The notes under the pieces: generated by a model | The model's input: only the letters and a program-made list of their open reading frames with translations | The model's database searches: none | Told to the model about the DNA's origin: nothing | Source of the DNA: an uncultured Holophagales bacterium | Lineage (GTDB): Bacteria; Acidobacteriota; Thermoanaerobaculia; Multivoradales; UBA5704 | Assembly: GCA_963842525.1 (NCBI GenBank) | Contig: CAWJGT010000023.1 | Coordinates: forward strand, 352,001 to 416,000 | DNA: 64,000 bases | Reading direction: 5' to 3' | Shown here: positions 44,779 through 55,611 of the stretch, piece by piece | How the letters are laid out: the number at the start of each line of letters is the position of its first letter | How positions within the stretch are numbered: the stretch's first letter is position 1 | Position numbers and translations under genes: made by a program

Positions 44779-47734
44779 TCAGAGGTCAGAGCGAAATGGG
44801 GACAGCACAACCCGAAATCCGATGAAGTCGACCCAGGCGTCCAGGTCGAACCTGATGCGGGCGGCACAACGGACATCCTCGGAGCTGAAGTAGAACGCGC
44901 CGCCACGCAACACGCGGAGGCCGTCTACCGAGAGAGCCTCGCGCCGGGCCCGCTCCTTCGACCGAGCCGGGTAGGGATATGGCCTATACAGGCTTCGAGT
45001 CCATTCCCAGACGTTCCCGCTCATCTCCTCGCAACCGTACGGGCTCGCTCCTCCCGGAAAGCAACCCACAGAACTCGGGGTTCCGATCCCGCTCTCGTCG
45101 AAATTCGCCTGCTCCGGGTCGGGCTCCTTCCCCCACGGGTAGATCCGACTCTCGGCACCGCGAGCCGCCTTCTCCCACTCCGCCTCCGAAGGCAACGTCA
45201 CCCCCAACCGCCCCGTGGCCAACCCCTCCCAGAAGTCGTTATCCTCCGCCAGACTCTGCACCCGGACCGCCGCGGTCTCCCGCAGGCGCTCGTCCAGCCA
45301 GCCGCAATACGCCAGGGCGTCGTGCCAACTTACTCCAGTGACCGGGTTGGTCGAGGGACCCGCCAAGCTCCAAGGATCGGCTGTATACGAGGTCTGCTCG
45401 ATGAAGCTCCGGAACTGCTGCACCGTCACAGGAAACCGCGCCAAGTAGTACGCCAGTAGCTCGACTTCATACGCCTCATTCCCCATCAGAAACGATCCGG
45501 CCGGGACGTGGACGAAGCCCAGGAGCGGCTCCTGCGGCAGGAACCACGCCTCCGCGTTGAACCGCGGGTCCCCGAGACGGCTCAGGACTTCACCGGCCTG
45601 CGCCCGCTGGACCGGCGCTGCATTTTCACCACGCATCGTCCGCAGCAGCGCTTTGACTACCATCTGTCGGCAGGCCGGCGTCACACCGCCAGATCCGGCG
45701 TCCACGACCGCACGGCCCGCCAAAATGACCGCCTGCCCCGGTGTGCCGGGCGCCTGGTCCAGAAGCGACTGCACCACTGCGCTCGCCGCTTCGTCCCGCC
45801 GCTGGCCGATCCCCAGGTACCCGATGGTCAGGAGGATCACCTCGTGCCAGGGCGCCTCGTCCACATGCCCGGCCAGCGCCTCCACCACCGGCCCGATCTC
45901 CTGCTGCCCGAGCTGCGCCAGGGCGACCGCCGCCAAGTACTCCTGGAAGGTCAGGTGAATGAAACCGTACTGGCGGCCGCCCCGGTCGAGGAGCAGGGCG
46001 GCGTGGCCCCGCACGTCCTCCAGGAACTGCCGGGTCGCCCGCTCCGGGTCCTGCTCGCCCCGCTCCCGGTAGATCCGTTCCAGCTCCTGATGCAGGTCCC
46101 ACTCCTTGACCAGGCCCACGCCCGGCGACGTCCGGTGCATCCAGAGCGCCAGCGGGGCCAGGATCTTCAGGGTCTCCACCAGATCCAGGTCGCGGGCGGC
46201 CCGGCCCTCCAGGCTCCGCACCAGGTTCCAGCTCCGCAGCAGCGTTTCCACGTAGGTCTGGTACAGCTCGACACGCCGCTCAGGAAGGGTCACCCCTTGC
46301 CGTTTCATCAGGGCCAGGATGGTCAGCAGCAACGGGTTCGCGGCGAGCGACCGCACCCCAGGGTTGCGCACGGCGGCGAGCAGCTCTTCCTGCTCGCGCT
46401 GCGCGTCGAGGGCGGCCTTCTTCGTGTCCCCCGCCGCCGCGCGCTCCAACGCGGAGGTCCACTTCGCCACGAAGGCCTGAATCTCCCTGTCGTCGAAGTC
46501 CACCAGCGTGCCTTCGACCAGCCCTTCGGCGGCAGGCCGGACCTCCCGGTAGCCCACGATACGGCTCGTAAGGACAAACTTGTTGCCCTGCTTGCGGTAG
46601 AGCTCGTAGAAGTCCCGGACCCGCTCCACCACGGTATTGCGCAGGCCCAGGTCCCGGACCTCGTCCAGACCGTCCAGGAGAAACAGGACGCCGCCCCGAG
46701 GGGAGCTCGCGCTCGAGGAGGGCGTCGAGGGGCAGGTCGAGGCCCCGATGCTCCTGGTGGTAATGGGGAAGGAAGCGGCCGAGAGGGATGTCCTTTTCGG
46801 CAAGGGCATTGGCATAGGCGGAAAGCGGGAGGAGCACCGGCAGGCGGTCTGCCAGGCCCAGAGCCTCGCCCTGGGCGAGAGTGAGGGCCAGGTATTTGAG
46901 AAAGGTGGTCTTTCCCGATCCCGGATCTCCCAGGAGGACGAGGCCGTCGTGGCTCTGCAGGAGATCCAGGACCGGCTGCGGCTCGCTGAGCTTCCGGCCG
47001 ATGGCGTCCGCTTCGTCCTCAGTGGGCTTCCTGCCGGCCAGGCGGAGACGCTCCCAGGTCTCACCCTCGGGCGTCTCCAGGCGGGCCTTCAAGGGAACGT
47101 ACATCTCCAGCAGGGGGAGCCGGATCGGTACGCGGTCCGAGACGCCGAAGCCCTTGAAGTCCAGATAGCGGTAGCGCTCGACGAGGTGGGCGAGGTACCG
47201 CTCCCGAACCTGGACGAGGTCGGCGGCCGGGGCTCGGCGGGAGCCCTTCGGCTTGCGGTTTCTCCTCTTCTCGAGATTCCGCAGAGCCGCCACCACCTTG
47301 GTCGCCAGAGCGTCGGGATTGGCGTCGAAAAAATCGACAGTCGCTTCCTCCCGGACCCGCTGGCGGAAACGCTCCAATCGCTCGTAGAGCTCGTCCGGCT
47401 CGCGCAGGCTCCGCGGCAGCGGGAAGTCCTCCGCGGACAGGAAGATGAGCCGGGGGATTCCCGCGGCACCGGCGGCCTCGTATTCGCGCTCCGTGAAGGA
47501 GGTCTGTGAGCCCGGAGGTGAGCTGCCGTAAAGGCCTCCAACGAGCCCCACGAGCACGTCACACTCGGCGACCTTTTCGCGGCAAAGAGCGTCCGGCACC
47601 TGGTCGCGTGCCCCGAAGTCCTCCATCCGGACGCACGTGCAGTCATCGCAACGCTGGATCGCGCGGTACACCGCATCGCGGTAGGGACCGAGATCGCGGG
47701 CCGTGGAGCTGAGGAAGACCTTGATGGTAGACAT
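44779..47734 (-). CDS. DUF4062 + NACHT NTPase + FGE-sulfatase (C-type lectin fold) protein, frameshift near 46695
   Basis: [22 protein letters not shown]; Walker [10 protein letters not shown]; Walker B LLDGLDEV; NPLLL; [12 protein letters not shown]; [28 protein letters not shown]. Confidence 0.9.
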
Positions 47735-47855
47735 GGGGCTGCCGGTGATTTTAGCAGCGGCCTTGAACGCGTAGACGCTGGAGGCGTTCGCGTGCCGCGC
47801 CGGTCAGGCGCGGGCAGGGTGTCCTGGCCAGCCTCCTTTCGGGATCATCGAACAG

Positions 47856-48593
47856 TCATCGCGCGGCGAGCCGGCGCGTCACCACAGGCCTCGTGAGGTC
47901 CTTGAGCGCGTCCTTCCCCACCCAGCGCGCCGCGGCCTCCGGGGAAGCCGACAGACGTCGGGCCAGCGCCACCGCGGCGGCGTTGAGCGCGGGGTTGCGC
48001 CTGCCGATCCGGCGCAGGGCCCAGCTCACGCCCTTCTTGACGAAGTTCCGTTCGTCGGTGGCGGCGCGCTCGATGAGGGGCAGGCTCTCGAGGAACGGCT
48101 CGTCGGCGGCTTTCTTGTCGTGCCCGGCGAGGCTGGCGAGGAGCGCAAAGGCCGCGCGCTTGACGAACTCGTCGCGCTGATCGCTCCACTCTGCGACCTT
48201 GGCCCAGGCGTGCGGCGTGCGGTCGAAGAGATGAAAGCACACGGTGTCGCAGATGCCCCAGTTGTCGAAGTCGCGGCACCAGCGGTCCATCTGCGCGGGC
48301 GTGACGCGCGCCGGCTCGTCGACAAACGAGGTCAGCATGCGGGCCTCGTACCAGCCGGTATCCCAGAGGGCAGCGGCAAGCTCGTGGTTGCGCCCGAGGC
48401 GCTTCGCCAGAACCTGGATGTTGGCCATCGACACGCCGAAAGCCTTGCTCGCGGTAATGCCGAACCGCGCCAGGTTTTCGCGGTCGCGTTGGGTGCTCGC
48501 CTGCTCGAGCCACGACAGCGCCTCCTGCACCTGCTCCTCGAGTGGCTGCTGTGCGCCGGGCGCCTTGACGGGCGTGCTCTTTTTCGTACTCAC
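47856..48593 (-). CDS. DNA alkylation repair protein (AlkD-like HEAT repeat)
   Basis: FGVSMANI, LAAALWDTGWYEARML, FDNWGICD, DERNFVKKGVSWALRRIG. Confidence 0.85.
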   Translation of the reverse strand: MSTKKSTPVKAPGAQQPLEEQVQEALSWLEQASTQRDRENLARFGITASKAFGVSMANIQVLAKRLGRNHELAAALWDTGWYEARMLTSFVDEPARVTPAQMDRWCRDFDNWGICDTVCFHLFDRTPHAWAKVAEWSDQRDEFVKRAAFALLASLAGHDKKAADEPFLESLPLIERAATDERNFVKKGVSWALRRIGRRNPALNAAAVALARRLSASPEAAARWVGKDALKDLTRPVVTRRLAAR

Positions 48594-49558
48594 AACTCGA
48601 GCTCCTCCCCATCCTCCAAAACCCTGAACCCCCGTGCCTCGATCGCCTTGCGGGCCGGCCCGTCCTTGTCCAGGGCCGGATTCGAATGGTTCAGGTGGGT
48701 GAAGTAGACCCGCAGCTTGCCGGCCTTCACGAGCGGCTCCAGGAGGTCCATCGAGTCTGTGATGAGCGGGTGCTTGATCTTGGTGACGTCCCGGTCCGGC
48801 AGCTCGTCGGGAGAGTAGAAGGTGGCGTCGAGGAGGGCGTAGTCGACTTTCTCCTCTTCGAGGAGCCGGGGCAGCGGGCGGGGCCAGGTGCGCCAGGTGT
48901 CGGTGTCCGGGACGTAGAGAAGGGCCTTCTTCGGGCCGCGGATCAGGAAGGCCATGGTGTCGCTGTACTCGTCCCGGTGCGGCACAGGGAATGCGGTGAC
49001 GGTCACCCCTTCTCCCAGGGAGAAGGGCTCGCCGGGCTTGATCTCGCGCAAGGCGACGTTGTTGAGCCGGACGAGCTGGCTCCACGGGCCGTTGGTGCGC
49101 AGGTACTCGGCCATGCGCGGCGAGCAGTAGACGGGGAGGTCCTTGGTGTTGAGGCTCTCGAAGCCGAAGTGGGCCAACCCCAGGTAGTGGCCGATGTGGG
49201 CGTGGGTCAGCAGCACGCCGTCGAACGGTGCCCGGTCCACCTTTCCCTCCGGGTGCTTGCGAAAGGTGTGGACCTTTTCGATCTGGGCCGGCAGGTCCGG
49301 CGTGGCATCCACCAGGAAGGTGCGGTCGCTCGCCGGGAAGTCGATCGCCAGGCTGGACACCCGCCGGACGAGCTTCAGATCCTTCCGCGCCGCCACACAC
49401 AGGGCGTGCTCGCAGCCCGTCTGCGGAAACCCGCCGTCCTGGGCGGTGCCGAGGACGACGATGCGGGGTGATTGCTGTTGCGGAGAAAATACCGATGCCG
49501 AGCCCTCCAGGAGCAGAGAGGCCAGCAGGAAGGAAAACAGCGTGGTCGGGAACGACAA
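48590..49558 (-). CDS. MBL-fold metallo-hydrolase, PqqB-like
   Basis: VLGTAQDGGFPQ.GC..C, LTHAHIGHY, VPHRDE, YVPD, THLNHSNP. Confidence 0.85.
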   Translation of the reverse strand: MSFPTTLFSFLLASLLLEGSASVFSPQQQSPRIVVLGTAQDGGFPQTGCEHALCVAARKDLKLVRRVSSLAIDFPASDRTFLVDATPDLPAQIEKVHTFRKHPEGKVDRAPFDGVLLTHAHIGHYLGLAHFGFESLNTKDLPVYCSPRMAEYLRTNGPWSQLVRLNNVALREIKPGEPFSLGEGVTVTAFPVPHRDEYSDTMAFLIRGPKKALLYVPDTDTWRTWPRPLPRLLEEEKVDYALLDATFYSPDELPDRDVTKIKHPLITDSMDLLEPLVKAGKLRVYFTHLNHSNPALDKDGPARKAIEARGFRVLEDGEELEL

Positions 49559-49567
49559 GGGCGGATG

Positions 49568-49843
49568 CTACTTGAAGCTGGTGGCGACCTTTTTCGAGCC
49601 GCGGGTGCCGGATCTCCTTCCGGAGTCTCCGGCGGCCCACTCCTTGATCTCCGCCGCCGTCTCCTGGGCGGGCCGGGAGAAGGAGCGGGTCGTCTTCTTG
49701 TCCGCCAATACGGCCTCGCCAATCTCCCTGGATTCCTCGTTGCTGAGCCGATCGAGCAGGCGCGCTCGCGCATCTTGCATCTGTGCCGGGACCTGCGCAA
49801 GGAGAGCGAGGATGGACGCATCGCTGGGAGAGAGGCTCCTCAT
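49568..49843 (-). CDS. Hypothetical protein (91 aa)
   Basis: Co-oriented ORF filling the gap 12 nt after the nitrilase-like gene. Confidence 0.5.
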   Translation of the reverse strand: MRSLSPSDASILALLAQVPAQMQDARARLLDRLSNEESREIGEAVLADKKTTRSFSRPAQETAAEIKEWAAGDSGRRSGTRGSKKVATSFK

Positions 49844-49855
49844 AGCATCTAGGTA

Positions 49856-51620
49856 TTACAGAAGACGGATTTTGTCAAGCTTTTTTAGCGGCTGCGGGGG
49901 CGGCGCGCCTTCCGGGAGCTTCCCTTTCTTCGGCTCGGAGCTCTCCTTCCTCGACTCCTCCTCCAGGAAGACTGGATGGATGCCCCCGAGGATGGGATAG
50001 CCTGCCGCGCCCCCATCGGACCGCCCGTCCGCGCTCCACTCCTCGTCGAGCTGCCGGGCGAGGTTGAGGACGATTCCCTCCGCTCCCGAAGGCAGATCGA
50101 TCTGCCGCGCCGCTCCCGATTTGGCATCCTTCCAGAGCCCGATGGTGCGGGCGGGCGCAACTCCTGGAGGCCGGCTGAGCTCGGCCATGCCCACGCTGGT
50201 AAGCGTCAGGACCGACGAGCCCGGATCGTCCGCCAGCACCGTGGCATAGCGGGAGGACCAGCGCGAAGAGAGCTGGGGACCGTCCATCAACAGGGCGATC
50301 ACAAGGTTGGGGCCGACCGTGCGCACGAGCCGGGCCACGGGCTCCTGGCGGGCGAGGTCTTCGCAGACCAGGGCGCAGACAGAGAGCCAGGGGAGCAGAG
50401 AGACGAATGCGACGTTGCGCGCTTCGGTCATGGTGTGCTCCCACCAGAACCGTCCCGGATCGAGCTGCCCTCCGAGACCGTACTGGACGATCTGGGATCG
50501 GTCCAGACGCCAGCGGTGATGCTTGTTCTGCTGGATTGGGATCGAGTCCCAGGAGCTGATCGGCACCTCCAGCCCCAGATAGTTCCGCCCCGGCGTTCCG
50601 CGCCGGGATGGTTTGCCGATGCCGCAGAGCAGGGAGACCCGTCTCTCGAAAAGCCACGCCCTCACGGCGTTCGAACTCAGATTCGTCAAGGGCGAGCTCC
50701 GGCAGGACGATCATGTCGATCCGGCCAACGAGCTCGACTCCCCTTTCGTAGGCATTGGCGACCCGCTGGACCATCTCCCGCGCCCTCGACTCCTTGGTGA
50801 AGGTGAAGAAGCCGAAGGATTCCGCCATGTTGGTGAGGGTCCCCCAAGTCGGCCGCGCCGGACGGAACTGATTCGGCCGAACCGTCTTCGGCCAAGGCAG
50901 GAGCAGCAGGTTCAGGTTGTGCCTCTTCACCTCCCGCGGGCGGTTGACCGGCAGGGTATACCAATGGGGCCGCACATCGCCTCCGGGCACGAGGGCGAGG
51001 TGGTGCGAGAGCGAGCTCAAGGTGATCCCGTTCTGGGGGGTGTGGGACTTGGGGAGAACCCGGGACTTCGAGAAGTGGATGTCGTAGCAAAGCGTCGAGC
51101 CGCTCGCGGAGTCCGGAATCAACTGGCTCTCCGCCTCGATATTGAACCGGTCGCGGCGACCTGCCAAAGAGAAACCCACTCCCCAGCAGGCCTCATCGGC
51201 GGCCGCGCAGATCTGGAGCAGGCTGTTGCAGACCCGGTTCTTTCCGCCGACCTCCTCGAGGGGGTCGTTCATGTGCTCCCGGAGGATCGTCCACCAATGG
51301 ACAACCTCGGCAGGAGGTGCGGCTCGCCGCGACCAGCGCCGCCGCTACCTCTCTCCAATCTCCCGGATCTTGCCGCTCCATTGCTCCGACGTCACCTGGA
51401 GACATCCATCTTCTGCAGTCCCCGTCGGCGGCCACTTCGCCACCGCCGAGAGATAGGCTCCGGACTGCAGCAGCGCCGACGCGGCCAGCGCAAAGGCATC
51501 CGGCGGCCACTCGGGAGGCCCCTCCTTCTCCGCCAACTTGGGAGAGAGATAGTGGAAGAGCTCCCAAAGGGTCGCTCCTTGAGAAGCTCCTACGACGAGG
51601 GATCCGAAGCCTTCAGCCAT
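49856..51620 (-). CDS. Divergent carbon-nitrogen hydrolase (nitrilase-fold) protein, frameshifts near 51340 and 50685
   Basis: Putative Glu-Lys-Cys triad motifs IVLPELAL, QNKHHRW, LVCEDL across three consecutive ORFs. Confidence 0.6.
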
Positions 51621-51705
51621 TGCTCTCCGTACTATAGAGCAAGCCGGCCGTCCACGAGCTGTTCCGAGGGCCGACTCGCGCCGGCCCTCACATGGCAGAT
51701 TCCGA

Positions 51706-51975
51706 TCAAACGGCCGCGATCTTGGGCAGCACGAGATCCCGCATCGCCAGGTTGTTTCTCGGTCCGAGGACGTAGAAGAGGTCCGTCTTGTCCTGCTCGG
51801 TCAGCCTGTAGCCGGCTGGAAGGCCGAACACGTCCGGTTTCTTGGCGAGAAACGCCTCCAGTGTATTAAAGGCCTCCACGAGGGTTTCCACCTCGATGGG
51901 GCTCCGGCGTTCCTGGAAATCGACGCCGATCCGGGCTTTGAACGTCGGGAAGAATTGAGCCCCGCCTCCAAGAGG
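51706..51975 (-). CDS. Exon 2 of the intron-split two-domain hypothetical protein
   Basis: [20 protein letters not shown]...LVLPKIAAV*; 270 nt, in frame with exon 1 and homologous to its first domain. Confidence 0.85.
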   Translation of the reverse strand, partial: PLGGGAQFFPTFKARIGVDFQERRSPIEVETLVEAFNTLEAFLAKKPDVFGLPAGYRLTEQDKTDLFYVLGPRNNLAMRDLVLPKIAAV

Positions 51976-53992
51976 GTAGAGTCGGCGGCGGGCGCGGTGT
52001 CTGTAGGTCGAGGGAGTAGCTGTTTCCGGCGGCTTTCGCCACTCGCCGGTGCCTCAGTCTCGGCCGTGTCTCCGTTTCCCACCGCCGCTCATCGAACCGG
52101 ACTTGCGGATCTCCCGCATCCGGCTCTCGGACGGGCTTCACGAGAGGGCATGCACGGGACTTCCTTGCAGGCGCCTCTGGCGGATGTCGATCACTCCCGC
52201 CTTGCCATGGATCTCAGAGTAGCTGAATCGGCTGGTTCCGCTGACGCGCAGCTTATGCCGCCGGCAGAGGAATCGCCGAACCCGTGCCCGCACGTGCCAG
52301 CTGATGGCTGTGTCAGCTTGGCCCGTAAAACCGAAGCTGAAGTACTCGGCCCACCCCGACAGGAGTCGGTTGAGCCGGTCTCGCAGCTTGGGCCAAGGGG
52401 TTGGGTTTCCCCGGCGTAGCCGGATGTTGATCTTCTCCTTGAGCCTCTTCTGGGCCTTCTTGGATGGCCGAGCCGAGATGAATCTCTTCCCGCTCAGCCA
52501 GTGCCGCACCGGCCCGAAGGTGTAGCCCAGGAAGTCAAACGGCTCTTCTCGGGCGTGACAGAGGCGCGTTTTGGTGGGATGAAGCGTCAGCCCGAGCTTC
52601 GCCAACCAGCGCGATACCAGCGCCAGACTTTCTTCGGCCTGGCGGCGGCTTGCGCAGACAATCACGAAGTCATCGGCATAGGAGACGATCTGTCCCAACC
52701 GTTGCGTCGCCCCGGTCTTCCTCCAGTGGCGCAGAAGACGGTTGATGTAGATGTTAGCCATCAGAGGTGAAACAACTCCGCCTTGAGGAGTCCCCCGCTT
52801 GCTCTTCTTGCCGCCTGTTATCCGCCGGTTTCCCCTCTCATCCCTCTCTTCCGCCGGGGATTTCAGCCACAGCTTGAGCAGATGCAGGATCTTCCCGTCG
52901 GCCACCCGCCGGGCCACGCTCTGCAACAGCTCGGCGTGGGGGATGGTGTCGAAGTACTTCGTCACGTCGGCATCTACGACGTGCTGCTGGCCTCCATACA
53001 ACCGCCCCTGCACCTCGGCCAGTGCGCCGTGCGCACTGCGCTCCGGCCGGTAGGCATAGACGTTGTCCTCGAAATCAGCTTCGAAGATCGGCTCAAGGAT
53101 CAGCACGACGGCGGTCTGCACCACCCGATCCCTGATGGTCGGGATTCCGAGGGGACGCTCGCCTCCGCCGGGCTTCGGGATCATCACCCGCCGCACCGGT
53201 TGGGGGCGGTAGGTCTCTTCCACCAGTTCCTGCCGAAGCTCGGCCAGCCACCGCTCTACACCGTACGCCTCAATGTCCTCAAACCGGACCCCGTCGACTC
53301 CGGGCGCTCCGTCGTTGGCTTTCGCCTGTCGGTAGGCCCTCTCCAGGGTTTCCGCCCAGCACACCTTGTCGTACAGCGTGTAGAACCGAAAGTCTGGCTC
53401 CCGCTTGGCCTTCTCATACAGCTTCTTCCGGAGTCGCTCGACTTGATCGGGTTCTAGACTCATCGTCAATTCCCGGTCTCCTTCTCGTTGAGAAGCATGC
53501 CCGAACCAGGGCTCCGTCCCTCCACCGGCATTACCCGGCTTCCTCGGTACCACGGCCCGAGGCTGACCATTTCAGATCACCTCGGTTGGTGGCCGCGACC
53601 CACCACCTATGTGGATCTCACACGTTGCCTCAAAGACCTTGTCTGCGCATGCTGACCCCACTACCCCGGCTGGAGAGGACGGGTCTTCGGTCGGTTGCTC
53701 CCCCACCCCCCGACGGCCTTCCCCTTATGGCAGGAGGGTCGGCTCCAGCGAGAAACTATCGAGGCCTGCTCAGGGTTCACGTGCTTTTCGGCCTGCGCAT
53801 TTGCACCTCGGTTGCACCGAGGACTTCCCCGGAGGCTTCAGCCGGACGATTGCTCGAGCTCGGCTGCTCCAGTGGCTACCGGGCGAACCGACAATTCCCC
53901 GGGCGGGACTTCCACCCGCTGGCCTTCGAGACCCAGGAGGTCTCTCTGTAATCTGCAAATCAGCTCACATCAGACCTCCCTTCGTGTCGCAC
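51976..53992 (-). mobile_element. Complete group II intron (2017 nt)
   Basis: 5' GTGCGAC at 53992; domain V GAGCCGGATGCGGGAGATCCGCAAGTCCGGTTC after the ORF; 3' end CTCTAC at 51976; removal restores the host ORF. Confidence 0.93.
52138..53463 (-). CDS. ltrA: Group II intron reverse transcriptase/maturase, no endonuclease domain
   Basis: GAPGVDG, IPKPGGGERPLGIPTIRDRVVQ, GTPQGGVVSPL, YADD, FDFLGY, domain X LN..L.GWAEYF. Confidence 0.95.
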   Translation of the reverse strand: MSLEPDQVERLRKKLYEKAKREPDFRFYTLYDKVCWAETLERAYRQAKANDGAPGVDGVRFEDIEAYGVERWLAELRQELVEETYRPQPVRRVMIPKPGGGERPLGIPTIRDRVVQTAVVLILEPIFEADFEDNVYAYRPERSAHGALAEVQGRLYGGQQHVVDADVTKYFDTIPHAELLQSVARRVADGKILHLLKLWLKSPAEERDERGNRRITGGKKSKRGTPQGGVVSPLMANIYINRLLRHWRKTGATQRLGQIVSYADDFVIVCASRRQAEESLALVSRWLAKLGLTLHPTKTRLCHAREEPFDFLGYTFGPVRHWLSGKRFISARPSKKAQKRLKEKINIRLRRGNPTPWPKLRDRLNRLLSGWAEYFSFGFTGQADTAISWHVRARVRRFLCRRHKLRVSGTSRFSYSEIHGKAGVIDIRQRRLQGSPVHALS

Positions 53993-54637
53993 TGCCAGGG
54001 GATTCCACTTGAAGCTCTTCCGCGTGAGGTTGCTGCCCACGAGGGCTGCGGTCCGGGTGCATCCCTGTCCGGCCAACCAGTTTCCGAAGGAAGCCCCCGC
54101 AGGCGGCGTGGGTGTAGGTGTTGGTGTAGGCGTCGGCGTGGGGGTGGGAGTCGGCTTGGGCGTCGGGGTGGGCGTCGGCGTGGGTGTAGGCTTGGGCGTC
54201 GGGGTTGGAGTCGGCTTGGGCGTCGGGACAGGAGTCGGCGTGGGCGTCGGCGTCGGGAGGGGATCTGCAAGCCTGGGCAGCACGAGCTCGCGGAACGCCA
54301 GAGTGCCCCGCGGCCCGAGGACGTAGAAGAGGTCTGTCTTGTCCTGCTCGGTCACTCTGTAGCCGGCTGGAAGGCCGAATACATCAGGCCTCCGGGCAAG
54401 AAAGGCCTCGAGCGTGTTGAAGGCCTCGACCAGAGTCTCCACCTCGATAGGACTCCGGCGTTCGTCGAAGTCGACGCCGATGCGGGCTTTGAACGACGGA
54501 CGAAACTGCGCTCCGCTTCCGAGCGGTGCGTTCGCGCTCCATGAGAAGGTCTTGCGGACAAGGCGACCCTGGAGATTCACCAATGCAGCGGTCTTTGTGC
54601 AACCTTGAGCGGCCAGCCAATCTCCAAATGAGGGCAT
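53993..54637 (-). CDS. Exon 1 of the two-domain hypothetical protein with a Pro-Thr linker
   Basis: [20 protein letters not shown]...(PT)n...[19 protein letters not shown]...KWNPLA then the intron; AAGGAG RBS. Confidence 0.85.
54105..54260 (-). repeat. Coding hexamer repeat (Pro-Thr linker, ~50 aa)
   Basis: ACNCCN repeats. Confidence 0.9.
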
Positions 54638-54744
54638 GGGCTTCTCCTTTCATCGGCGGTATTGTTGATGTCCGACCGTCATCAGGTACTGTAGGCAGCC
54701 GAGGGGAAATCTCATTCCACGCCTGAATCTCATAGACTCCTCCC

Positions 54745-55611
54745 ATGCGCATCGTCTCCCTCGTCCCCAACGGCACCGAGATCCTCTTCGCGGTCGGCGC
54801 GGGCGACCTGGTCGTCGGGGTCAGCCATGAGTGCGACTGGCCTCCGGAGGCGCGGACGCGGCCGATCCTGACCGGCAGTGCTTTAAGACCGGGGATGAGC
54901 GCGGCGGAGGTGGATGCGGCGGTGGCGGCGCAGGTCGGGAGCGGGGCGAGCCTCTATACGCTCGACGAGGCGAGGATCGCCGAGCTTCAGCCCGATCTCA
55001 TCGTCACCCAGCAGCTCTGCCCGGTCTGCGCCGTCAGCACCGAGCAGGTCGAGGGCGCGGTCCAGCCCCTTTCCCGCTGCCCCGAGGTGGTGTCGCTCGA
55101 CCCGACGACGCTCGCGGAGGTCTTCGCCGACATCCGCCGGGTCGGCGAGGTCACCGGCCGGACGGCGGAGGCCGCAGCGCTCCTGACCGATCTCGAACGC
55201 CGGCTCGAGGCGGTGCGCGCGCAGGTCGCGGATCGGCCCCGGCCCCGCGTCCTGGCCCTGGAATGGCTCGATCCTCCCTTTGCCGGCGGCCACTGGGTGC
55301 CCGAGATGATCGGGCTCGCGGGCGGCCAGGACGCCTTTGCGCAGCCTGGCGACCACTCCCGCCGCCTCTCCTGGGACGAGATCCAGACGGCTGATCCCGA
55401 CCTGATCGTGGCCATGCCGTGCGGCTATGACGAGGACGGCGCCCGCTCCCAGGTCGACCTCGCGGCCGCTCTGCCCGGCTGGCAGGCGCTCCGTGCCGTA
55501 GACGCCGGCCGCGTCTTTCCCGTCGACGCCAATGGCTGCTTCAGCCGCCCCGGCCCCCGGCTGGTCGACGGCATCGAACGGCTCGCCGGGATCTTCCACG
55601 CGGCCGGGTGA
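54745..55611 (+). CDS. Cobalamin/Fe-siderophore-type substrate-binding protein (BtuF-like)
   Basis: MRIVSLVPNGTEIL, GVSHECD, LEWLDP..GGHWVPEM, FSRPGPRLVDG. Confidence 0.85.
   Translation: MRIVSLVPNGTEILFAVGAGDLVVGVSHECDWPPEARTRPILTGSALRPGMSAAEVDAAVAAQVGSGASLYTLDEARIAELQPDLIVTQQLCPVCAVSTEQVEGAVQPLSRCPEVVSLDPTTLAEVFADIRRVGEVTGRTAEAAALLTDLERRLEAVRAQVADRPRPRVLALEWLDPPFAGGHWVPEMIGLAGGQDAFAQPGDHSRRLSWDEIQTADPDLIVAMPCGYDEDGARSQVDLAAALPGWQALRAVDAGRVFPVDANGCFSRPGPRLVDGIERLAGIFHAAG

Noticed and set aside
48590-49558. PQQ biosynthesis cluster
   Set aside because: Only a PqqB-like MBL hydrolase; no pqqA/C/D/E in the window.
51706-54540. RT flanked by two similar repeats as a diversity-generating retroelement (TR/VR)
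   Set aside because: Differences between the repeats are mostly synonymous and not adenine-specific; the RT has domain X, intron domain V and canonical intron ends.
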